DNA from: Octopus sinensis
Lineage: Eukaryota
NCBI RefSeq assembly: GCF_006345805.1
Contig: NC_043023.1
Location: 19,282,001-19,346,000 of the forward strand
DNA length: 64,000 nucleotides
Direction of reading: 5' to 3'
In this document: positions 1 through 10,399 of the stretch, piece after piece
Numbering within the stretch: position 1 is the first letter of the stretch
Layout: each line of letters begins with the position of its first letter
The notes under the pieces: generated by a model
Databases searched by the model: none
The model's input: only the letters and a program-made list of their open reading frames with translations
What the model was told of the DNA's origin: nothing
Position numbers and translations under genes: made by a program

Positions 1-508
1 CGGCCCGGGGCTATAGCAGAAGACACTTGCCCAAGATGCCACGCAGTGGGACTAACCCCGGAACCATGTGGTTGGTAAGCAAGCTACTTACAACACAGTC
101 ACTCCTATTCTTTTCTTTTACTTTTTTCAGTCTTTTGACCTCGGCCATGCTAGAGCACCACCTTTAGTTGAACAAATCGACCCCAGGATGTAAACATACC
201 AACATTAGTTGTCAGGCAATAGTGCGGGGACAAGCACTGACACAAAACACACACACACATATATATATTATATATATTTCTTTACTGCCCACAAGGGCTA
301 AACATAGAAGGGACGAACAAGGACAGACAAAGTGATTAAGTCGATTACATGACCCAGTGCGTAACTGGTACTTAATTTATCGACCCCGAAAGGATTGAAA
401 GGCAAAGTCGACCTCGGCGGATTTTGAACCCGAACACTTAACGGCAGACGAAATACGGCTAAGCATTTCGCCCGGCGTGCAACGTTTCTGCCAGCTCGCC
501 GCCGTTCG

Positions 509-539
<31 letters not shown>

Positions 540-680
540 GTACACACACACACACATATGATGGGCTTCTATCAGTTTCCATCTGCGAAATATGGTCACC
601 GATCTTTGGTCTGTCCAAGGCTATAGCAGAAGACACTTGCCCAAGGTGCCATGCAGTGGGACTGAACCTGGAACCACACT
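1..680 (-). mobile_element. cluster of family A SINE fragments with an inserted family B SINE (277-503)
   Basis: Reverse complement of the family A head and body; family B core atcgaccccgaaagg...aaaggcaaagtcgacctcggcgg. Confidence 0.8.
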
Positions 681-1449
681 GTTTGTCCGTTATGTTACAA
701 ATTGCAGATATAGAAAAAAAACATGTCCAGATATGTCAGCACCATTTTTAATTCCTCCTTATTTAATTAATTACGTTTCTGGGATTGTCTCGTCTCTGGT
801 CTATGACCAAAATTAGTGATTTTAATAACGACTTACTCTAATTAAGTAAAACCCGGAACAAAAGTAAATTAATCATTATTTCTTCGCTTACAACAATGTC
901 CTTGGTATAATAACATAACAAGGACCTGAAGGAAATCTCCTGTATATAGGTATATTCTTTTACTTGTTTCAGTCATTTCACTACGGCCATATGTGCATAA
1001 GACGCTCCTGTCCTTGTACTGTCCACCTTCGTGTTTTTTATTTCTGTTTTTTATTTCTATTTTTATTTCTGTTTTTTATTTCTGTTTTTTTTTTATTTCT
1101 GTTTTTTATTTCTATTTTTGTTTCTTGTGTTTATATTCGTGTGGCATCCTGTCTTTGTTCCGTATACGTTCGACCCTCTTTCCAAGAAATCCAATGCCTG
1201 TGGCTTGGATTTTCCTTGGGGCTGGCCGGATCGGAGTGATATCGAGATTAAACAGCCGAAATTACTAAGATGATCCGGTTCCCGACTGAAGATTAGAGGC
1301 TTCGAGTGACCCGTCTGTTGTTTTGTGTCGTCTCCTTGTGTGTTTTTGTCCCACTTTGTAATTTATATTTTATATTTAATTTCCATACATATATATATAC
1401 ATACATACATATAAATATATGTGTGTGTAGATATATATATGTGTACATA

Positions 1450-1838
1450 GGCGTAGGAGTGGCTGTGTGGTAAGTAGCTTGCTTACCAACCATATGGTTG
1501 CAGGGTTCAGTCCCACTGCATGGCACCTAGGGCAAGTGTCTTCTACTATAGCCTCGGGCCGACCAAAGCCTTGTGAGTGGATTTGGTAGACGGAAACTGA
1601 AAGAAGCCCGTTGTATACATGTATATATATATGTGTGTGTGTGTCTGTGTTTGTCCCCCTAGCATCGCTTGACAACCGATGCTGGTGTGTTTACGTCCCC
1701 ATTTCTTAGCGGTTTGGCAAAAGAGACCGATAGAATAAGTACTGGGCTTACAAAGATTAAGTCCTGGGGTTGATTTACTCGACTAAAGGCCGTGCTCCAG
1801 CATGGCCACAGTCAAATGACTGAAACAAGTGAAAGAGT
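1450..1838 (+). mobile_element. full-length tRNA-derived SINE (family A)
   Basis: A box TGGCTGTGTGG, B box GGTTCAGTCCC, central (TA/TG)n and 3' end gtcaaatgactgaaacaagt. More than 20 copies or fragments occur in the window. Confidence 0.9.
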
Positions 1839-2094
1839 ATAGAGTAAGAGTATATATATATATATATATATAATATATATATATGTACACATACAGGTGT
1901 GTTTGTGTCGTAAGATGTTTGTTTTCAAACTGCATGGACCCAGGTTCAGTACCACAGCAAAGCACCTGGACAAGTGTCTCCTATTGTATAACCTTCTGAA
2001 TAGATTTGGTAAATGGAAACTGAACGAAGCCTGCTGTCGGAATCGAAACTGAACCAATCCTATGACTGGCACCCAGCAGTTGCCAGGACCCCTG

Positions 2095-2552
2095 GACCAG
2101 TGGTACATAAAAAGCGCTATATGAATCGTGGCCGATGCCAGCGTCGCATTGACTGACTTCCGTGCCGGTGGCACATAAAATACACCAATCCAACCGAGAC
2201 CGTTGCCAGCCTCGCCTGGCACCTGTGCTGGTGGCACATAAAAAGTACCCACTACACTCACAGAGTGGTTGGCGTTAGGAAGGGCATCCAGCTGTAGAAA
2301 CACTGCCAGATCAGACTGGAGCCTGGTGCAGCCTTCTGGCTTCCCAGATCCCCGGTCGAACCGTCCAACCCATGCTAGCATGGAGAACGGACGTTAAATG
2401 ATGATGATATATCATCATCATCATCGTTTTACATCCGCTTTCTATGCTGGCATGGGTTGGATGGTTTACTGGCGACTGGCAAGCTGGGGAGCTGCAACCA
2501 AGCTCCAATCTGATCTGGCAATGTTTCTACAGCTGGATGCCCTCTTTAAAGC
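2095..2552. mobile_element. family C retroelement ends ((GAT)n tail, probably RTE-like), fused tail-to-tail
   Basis: ...ccaacccatgctagcatgga..ggacgttaaatgatgatga|tatc|atcatcatcgttttacatccgctttctatgctggcatgggttgg... Confidence 0.75.
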
Positions 2553-2618
2553 CAACCACTCCAAGCGGGTGTTTGGGCTAAATCTAACAGTTCGCATATA
2601 AGGAAAACAAAATATCCC

Positions 2619-3084
2619 GTGTGGTAAGTAGCTTGCTTACCAACCACATGGTTCCGGGTTCAGTCCCACTGCGTGGAATCTTGGGAAAGTGTCTTCTACT
2701 ATAGCCTCGGGCCGACCAAAGCCTTGTGAGTGGATTTGGTAGACGGAAACGGAAAAAAAAGCCCATCGTATATATGTATATGCGTGTGTGTGTTTGTCCC
2801 CCTAGCATTGCTTGACAACCGATGCTGGTGTGTTTATGTCCCCGTTACTTAGTGGTTCGGTAAAAGAGACCAATAGAATAAGTACTGGGCTTACAAAAGA
2901 ATAAGTCCCGGGGTCGAGTTGCTAGATTAAAGGCGGTGCTCCAGCATGGCCACAGTCAAATGACTGAAACAAGTAAAAAGAGAATATATATATTGGCACC
3001 TTGGGCAAGTGTCTTCTACTATAGCCTCGGGCCGACCAAAGCCTTGTGAGTGGATTTGGTAGACAGAAACTGAAAGAAGCCCGT

Positions 3085-3123
<39 letters not shown>

Positions 3124-3319
3124 CTGTGTTTGTCCCCCTAGCATTGCTTGACAACCAATGTTGGTGTGTTTATGTCCCCGTTACTTGGCAGTTCGTCAAA
3201 AGAGAACCGATAGAATAAGTACTGCGCTTATAAAAGAATAAGTCCTGGGGTCGAGTTGCTTGATTAAAGGCGGTGTTCCAGCATGGCCGCAGTCAAATGA
3301 CTGAAATAAGTAAAAGAGA
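2619..3319 (+). mobile_element. two tandem family A SINEs (5'-truncated)
   Basis: Direct tandem near-identical bodies. Confidence 0.85.
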
Positions 3320-3399
3320 GCATCCAAAAAGAAATGCAATTTCAAAAAACCCAAACCCATCAAGTAGATTACGCCTGGGAGATAACAGGTTACTTAAAG

Positions 3400-3745
3400 T
3401 AGCTACGTAGTTCTCAGGGAGATTGTGTGTGACAAGGCTGGCCCTTACGAATTACTGGTACAGCACATTTTTGCCTGCTGAGAGGACTGGAGCAATGTGA
3501 AATAACAGGTGATCCGATCAACGTGAAATTAACGTACAAGTGGCTGAGTACTCCACAGACAAGCATAGTTCCCTTAATGTAGTTCTCAGGGAGATTTAGC
3601 ATGACACAGAATGTGAGAAGGCTGGCCCTTTCGAATTACTGGTACAATGTGAAATAAAGTGTCTTGCTCAAGGACACAACGCATTGCCAGGAATTGAACT
3701 CACAACCTTACGATCATAAGCCGTATGCCCTCCCCACTAAGCCAC
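3400..3745 (-). mobile_element. rearranged family E SINE fragments
   Basis: Duplicated gtagttctcagggagatt...caaggctggccctt and a tRNA-like head remnant. Confidence 0.6.
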
Positions 3746-3773
3746 ATGCCGTCACAGACTACGTAATCCAGGC

Positions 3774-4466
3774 TTAACCCTTTCAATACCAACCTGGCTG
3801 AAAGTTTTGAATTAAAATCCTCCACCAAACCTTAGTCACAATTTATGTTCCTAACACTAGCTTAATGATAACTAAGTTATTTTACTAAATTCTTTGTTAT
3901 ATTTAAAATTAATTGAAAGAAACACAGAGCATCTCAAAATAAATATGGCAACAAAAGGGTTAAAATATATAATAGAGAAACAATTCTTAACCCTTTTGAT
4001 ACCGACCTGGCTGAAACCACCTCTGGCTCTGTAGTACAAATGTCTTGTTTCTATAAGTTTTGAATTAAAATCTTCCACCAAACCTTAGTCACAATTTATG
4101 TTCCTAACACTAGCTTAATGATAACTAAATTATTTTACTAAATTCTTTGTTATATTTAAAATTAATTGAAAGAAACACAGAGCATCTCAAAATAAATATG
4201 GCAACAAAAGGGTTAAAATATATAATAGAGAAACAATTCTTAACCCTTTTGATACCGACCTGGCTGAAACCACCTCTGGCTCTGTAGTACAAATTTCTTG
4301 TTTTCATAAGTTCTGAATAAAAATCTTCCACCAAACCTTAGTCACAATTTATGTTCCTAACACTAGCTTAATGATAACTAAATTATTTTACTAAATTCTT
4401 TGTTATATTTAAAATTAATTGAAAGAAACACAGAGCATCTCAGAAATATGGTAACAAAAGGGTTAA
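3774..4466 (+). mobile_element. piggyBac-type MITE trimer (first unit deleted internally)
   Basis: TTAA|CCCTT...AAGGG|TTAA ends, ~253-bp period, units joined by the spacer aatatataatagagaaacaattc. Confidence 0.8.
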
Positions 4467-4748
4467 ACCTCAACAATCCTGCTTCATGAAAATTCTTAGT
4501 ACAAGGGAGCTCACTGTGTTATAACTAACAAAATGACTATATATGGTCATAGACACATACATACAGTGTTCTAAGTAGGGCGTAATCATTATAATTACAG
4601 TAAAAATCATTAATTATTTTTGGTCTTCTAGCGTAATTAACATCACATGAAATTTTCTTTCTTTTTAATTTCATTTATAATTTGTTATGCTACTGGTGGA
4701 TTATAAACAGGAAATAATTAAGAAAAAATGTTGCTATCTGAAAACTTC

Positions 4749-4850
4749 AGGGCCACCCTGCACAGAAAGGGAGGCTTAATAACAAAAACTTAAGGGCCAC
4801 CCTGTACAGAAAAAGAGGTTTAATAACAAAAAATTAAGGGCCACCCTGTA
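4749..4850. repeat. three 44-bp-spaced copies of a Tc1/mariner-like terminus
   Basis: agggccaccctg(ta) at 4749, 4793 and 4837, the reverse complement of TA-CAGGGTGGCCCT. Confidence 0.45.
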
Positions 4851-4909
4851 TATAATTATATGTATGTTCATTTGCATATATATATATATATAACATCTTC
4901 TTCATTGCC

Positions 4910-5959
4910 TCTTTTACTTCTTTCAGTCGTTTGACTGTGGCCATGCTGGAGCACCACCTTTAGTCAAGCAAATCGACCCCAGGACTTATTCTATTGGTCT
5001 CTTGTTCTGAACCGCTAAGTTATGGGGATGTAAACACACTAACATTGGCTGTCAAGCAATGATGGGGGAACAAACACACATATATATACGATGGGCTTCT
5101 TTCAGTTTCCGTCTACCAAATCCACTCACAAGGCTTTGGTCGGCCTGAGGCTATAGTAGAAGACACTTGCCCAAGGTGCCATGCAGTGGGACTGAACCTG
5201 GAACCATGTGGTTCATAAGCAAGCTACTTACCACTCCTATATAATCACCTATGTATATATCCTTTAATGTTCAGTCATGTGACTGTGGCCATGCTGGAGT
5301 ACCGCCTTTAGTCAAAGAAAATGACCTCAAGGCTTATTCTTTGTAAACCTAATACTTATTCTATTGGTCTCTTTTGCCGAACCACTAAGTTACGGGGATA
5401 TAAACATACCAGCATCAGTTGTCAAGCTAATGTGGGAAGGACAAATACAGACAGAAACGCACACACATATATATATACATATATACGACGGGCTTCTTTC
5501 AGTTTCCGTCTACCAAATCCACTCACAAGGCTTTGGTCAGCCCGAGGCTATAGTAGTGGGACTGAACCTGTAACCATGAAGTTGGGAAGCAAGCTTCTTA
5601 CCATACATGCACCTATATACATATACTCTTTTACTTGTTTCAGTCATTTGACTGTGGTCATGGTGGAGCACTGCCTTTAGTCGAGCTAATCGACCCTAGT
5701 ACTTATTCTATCGGTCTCTTTTGCCGAACCACTAAGTTACGTGGATGTAAACACACCAGCATCGGTTGTCAAGCGATGTTGGGGGGACAAACACAAACAT
5801 ATACACAACGGGCTTCTTTTCAGTTTCCGTCTACCAAATCCACTCACATGGCTTTGGTTGTCCCAAGGCTATAGCAGAAGACACTTGCCCAAGGTGCCCC
5901 GCAGTGGGACTGAACCCGGAACCATGTGGTTGGTAAGCAAGCTTCTCACCACACAGCCA
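4910..5959 (-). mobile_element. three tandem family A SINEs
   Basis: Three head-to-tail reverse copies. Confidence 0.85.
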
Positions 5960-6340
5960 CTTAAGCATGTGTTGCACGAAATCATGACAGTATTTTAATT
6001 AACATATATTCAGAAATGTTTATGTTCATTAGTCTAAAATGAACGTCTAATTAAGTGGAATGACTAAACAGGCATGGTTGTGTGGTAAGAAGCTTGCTTC
6101 TCAACCATATGGTTCTGGGTTCAATCCCACTGCATGGCACCTTTGGCAAGTGTCTTCTATAGCCCCAAGCTGGCGAAAGCCTTGTGAATGGATTTGGTAG
6201 ACAGAAACAATCTACAATGGACTAGGGGAGATAACTGCAGTAAACTAGTTATTTCCCTTCCTAATTCCAACCATCTTCACATTTAAAACGGAATGTTTAA
6301 AAATATACTGTATTCTTGCTTTAATTATTTATATATCACT

Positions 6341-7075
6341 TAAGGCGGCAAGCTGGCAGAATGGTTAGCACGCCAGACGAAGTTCTCTGCAGTATTTCGC
6401 CCATCGCTACGTTCTGAGTTCAAATTCCGTCGAGGTCGACTTTTCCTTTCATCCTTTCGGGGTTGATAAATTAAGTACCAGTTAAATACTGGGGATCAAT
6501 GTAATTGACTTTCTCCCCAAATTCCAGGCCTTGAGCCTATAATAGAAAGAATCTTTAGCAAGTTGAACGAAATGCTTAGCGGTATTTCGCCCGTTGCTAC
6601 GTTCTGAGTTCGACTTTACCCTTTTTGGGGTCAGTAAGTTAAGTTGCCAGTTGAGTACTGGTGGCGATTTAATCGACTGTCCCTCTCACTCGAATTTCAG
6701 GCCTTTGTACCTAATGGAAAGGATTATTTACGTATCACTTATGATAAACGGATTTTTGCATTTATAACTTTCCATTCAGTCAATTTATTCACTAAGTTTA
6801 TTTAGAGGCAATGACTTGTGGATTGAGGCTTTTGGCAAAATGCCGTCCTTGATAAGACTCGTCAAGCCAAGTGAAACTTTAGTCGTGGCTACTACCAGTG
6901 TTGTGTAATTGGCACGCATACCAGAGGCACATAAGTCACCCTTTCAGAGGCCGACTTTGCCTTTCATCCATTCCGGGTTGATTAAATAAGTACCAGTTAT
7001 GCACTGAGGTCGATATAATGTCCTTGTGTGTGCCCTCTGTATGTAGCCACTTGTGGGCAATAAGGAAATAAGAAA
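6341..7075 (+). mobile_element. cluster of family B tRNA-derived SINEs (sense on +)
   Basis: Head taaggcggcaagctggcagaatggttagc...gagttcaaattcc; core gtcgacttttcctttcatcctttcggggttgataaattaagtacc. Confidence 0.8.
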
Positions 7076-7256
7076 GGCACCCAGATGTTGTCTGACCCCT
7101 TAGAGTGTAAAGGAGTTAAGGGCTGAAACACTTGACTGAGGAAGGGTTTCTGCTCTGAAGACCTTCCGTTGTGCAGCTCCTCTGAGATTCATTAGAAACG
7201 TCTTCCTGTATGTATAAATGTATTTGTTTGCCAAATAAATTGCACATCATATTTAA

Positions 7257-7337
7257 GGCTCTGATGAGGCTATAAGATGTTACTCAGACACTCAATTATG
7301 AGTGCACCACATTTTATAGCAGAAACAGCTGTAAGCC
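7257..7337 (+). ncRNA. type I hammerhead ribozyme motif
   Basis: ggct-CTGATGA-g-gctataagatg...cattttatagc-a-GAAAC-agct-GTA-agcc. Stem I is ggct/agcc, stem II is 11 bp with a side hairpin cactca/tgagtg, and stem III is the short palindromic type. One non-canonical G10.1-A11.1 pair. Confidence 0.7.
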
Positions 7338-7737
7338 AATGAAGTTCATAAGATATTTGCTTATTCCTTTGTCATCTTGTTTTCTTAATACCAAGACACA
7401 TGCCTGAGGCATGAGGTTTCTTTTCTGAAGTTCCACCGTTCAGCTCAAGTATAACACTATACATTAGATAATGTAGTCCTAGATACACTATGCCTGAATA
7501 AAAGATTGGATGGTCACGGCTGGAACATCTTTGATCATAGGTCTGCCTGGGGTTAAACAGCAACAACTATAGCCACCAATAGTAACTACTATACTATACA
7601 TTAGATAATGTAGTCCTAGATACACCACGTCTGAATAGAAGATGGGACGGTTGCAGATGCAATCTTCAAATGGTTTAAATGCACAAGTCTAAAAAGCATC
7701 AGCAGAAGGGAAAAGTTATGACCAGGTCCACTTAGAG

Positions 7738-7981
7738 CAATAGTTCCCAAAGTGGGCAGTATTAACCCCCCGGGAGCAGTGGAAAGTTCCAAGGGGGCAT
7801 TAATTCGTGTAAAAACAAAATAATGTGTTCATTAGTTTCAGTTTTATTGATGACATACAGTTGCTTTAAATTTGATTCCGAAAGAGGTCTATGATTGTGA
7901 TGGTTAGTTGGGGTGAGGGTACTAGGAATGTGGCCTGGTTGTTAACGGGGCAGTAGCCTGAAAAATTTTGGGAACCGACTT
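7738..7981. mobile_element. hAT-like MITE
   Basis: Imperfect termini caatagttcccaaa / tttgggaaccgac, resembling CAGTGGTTCCCAA-type hAT TIRs. Fragments also occur at ~43948 and ~56915-57010. Confidence 0.45.
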
Positions 7982-8227
7982 GGAGCATAAGGTAAGGGCA
8001 GAAACACTTTCTTCAGGAGGGGTTTCTTCTCTGAAGACCTTCTGCTGTTCAGCTCTGTCGAGAGTTTCTTACCACCAGCTGCAAGGATCCATATCAGGTA
8101 TGTGAACAGGAAAGGGGCAAAGTGCACCCGTCACCCATTATCCAAATTGGCTGGAGTGTTTCTAGTAATGCTTCCAGGTGTTAGACCCTCATCATAAACC
8201 CCTTTTCTTTTAAGCAATCTGTGAAGG

Positions 8228-8720
8228 TACGTGGCTTAGTGGTTAGCGTATTCAGCTCATGATTGTAAGGTCCTGAGTTCAATACCCAGTGGTGTGCTGT
8301 GGCCTTGAGCAGGACACTTCCTTTCCCATTGCTCCAGTACACTCAGCTGGCAAAAATTAGTACCTGTAATTCACTGGGCCAGCCTTGTCATATTCTGTGT
8401 CCTGCCAAATCTCCCTGAGAACATCATTAAGGGCACAGGTGTCTGTGGTGTGCTCAGCCACTTCCAAATTAATTTCCCAAGCAGGCTGTTCTGTTGACCG
8501 GATCATCTGGAATCCTCGTCACCATTAGCAACAAAGGGCCAGTTACTTCCTGTTGCTCCAGCTGGCATATATTAGTTGTATCTGTAATTCAAAACGGCCA
8601 GCCTTGTCACGAGTCTGTGGAGTACTCAGCCACTTGCATTTGAATTTCATGAATGGGCTGTTCCATTGATCAGATATTCTGGAACCTTTGTTGTGGTCAT
8701 AGACGGAATGTCAATAGCAA
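8228..8720 (+). mobile_element. diverged family E SINE plus a partial second copy
   Basis: tRNA-like head gtggcttagtggttagc...gagttcaatacc, with the same body (ctcagccactt...gcaggctgttctgttga) as 42914-43317. Confidence 0.7.
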
Positions 8721-8780
8721 TCTGTCAAAGTGTGCCACTAGCTCATTGATATTAACTTCCTGTTTTTAATTTTTTAGCAT

Positions 8781-9261
8781 TTAACCCTTTCGTTACCAAC
8801 CCGGCTAAAACCGACCTTGGCTCTTTACTACAAATGTCTGGTTTTCAAAAGTTCTGAATTAAAATCTTCCACCAAACCTTAGTCACAATTTATGTCCCTA
8901 AAACTAGCTGAATGATAACTAAGTTATTTTACTTAATTCTTTGTGATATTTAAAGTAATTGAAAGAAACACAGAACATCTCAACAGAAATATGCTAACAA
9001 AAGGGTTAAAATATATAATAGAGAAACAATTCTTAACCCTTTTGATAGCAACCCAAAGAAACTGCCTCTGGGCTCTTTACTACAAATGTCTGGTTTTCAA
9101 AAGTTCTGAATTAAAACCTTCCACCAAACCTTAGTCACAATTTATGTCCCTAACTCTAGCTTAATGATAACCAAGTTATTTTACTTAATTCTTTGTGATA
9201 TTTAAAATAATTGGAAGAAACACCGAGCATCTCAAAATAAATTCAGTAACGAGAGGGTTAA
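8781..9261 (+). mobile_element. piggyBac-type MITE dimer
   Basis: Outer ends ttaaccctttcgttac / gtaacgagagggttaa, with the same internal spacer. Confidence 0.8.
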
Positions 9262-9569
9262 ACTGGCCATATCCGGCCTGAGTAATCTTCCTGTATTATG
9301 CCCACATTGGCCAGATCTGGTGTCTTACACCTACCCTGCAATGTCATTCGAAAAATGAACAATCACATCTTCAAAATCTCAAAGCTATGAAATAACACAT
9401 GATGAGTTTTTAAAAACTTTAAATAAATAAGGAATTCATATGACAGAGTAATCTGAATGCTAAACTGATTGAAATTAAAACCTTCCTCAAACACCAATTT
9501 AATAAGGACAAAGGATTTTTTTTAATGAAATTCTTCATTATTTTGAAAATTAATTGAAACAAAGGTAGT

Positions 9570-10258
9570 CCCCTCCTCACCGTGGTGGGGATGCTAGCAA
9601 TGGGTAGTGTCAGTGCTATGCCGTCAGGAACGTTGGTTCCTGGTAGGGCCACCCAAGGCGGATTAGTCTAACACCGAGTGGTATCAGGGCCACAACCCAG
9701 CAGACTCTGGTGAAAATCCTCGGAGTGTCTGTTTCGGCAACCGGTAGTGTCAGAGCTATGCCGTCGGGAACTTCGGTTCCTGGTAGGGCCACCCAAGGCG
9801 GATTTGTCTGACACCGAGTGGTATTAAGGCCACAACCTCGGAGTGTCTGTTTCGGCAACCGGTAGTGTCAGAGCTATGCCGTCGGGAACTTCGGTTCCTG
9901 GTAGGGCCACCCAAGGCGGATTTGTCTGACACCGAGTGGTATTAAGGCCACAACCTCGGAGTGTCTGTTTCGGCAACCGGTAGTGTCAGAGCTATGCCGT
10001 CGGGAACTTCGGTTCCTGGTAGGGCCACCCAAGGCGGATTGATCTGACACCGAGTGGTATTAAGGCCACAACCTCGGAGTGTCTGTTTGGGCAACCGGCG
10101 GCAAACAGGATGTCTCCACATGCGGGATTGTCGGGGACCGCTCGTGAAATTCATATTCCCACGAAACTTCTTCTGCCATGGTTTGAGATGTCTCGAGGGT
10201 GGTAGAAGAAGCTGACTCAACCCGCCCAGGGTGAATGCCAGCACAAGTACAAGTAAGT
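9570..10258 (+). mobile_element. GC-rich structured retro-like element with an internal 118-bp tandem expansion, nested in a piggyBac-type MITE
   Basis: Starts cccctcctca and ends with an (AAGT)n tail. Units start at 9603 (140 bp), 9743, 9861 and 9979 (118 bp each). The flanks are the two halves of an AT-rich MITE. Confidence 0.7.
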
Positions 10259-10399
10259 AGTAGTGTGATTCAGCAGAAATATGGTAACTAAAGGGTTAAA
10301 GTGATCTAAATGAAAATCATCCATCAAACACCAGCTTAACTAAATGGTTAACACCTTTGATTGGCTGATGCCAGTGTCACACAACTAGTACCTGTGCTG

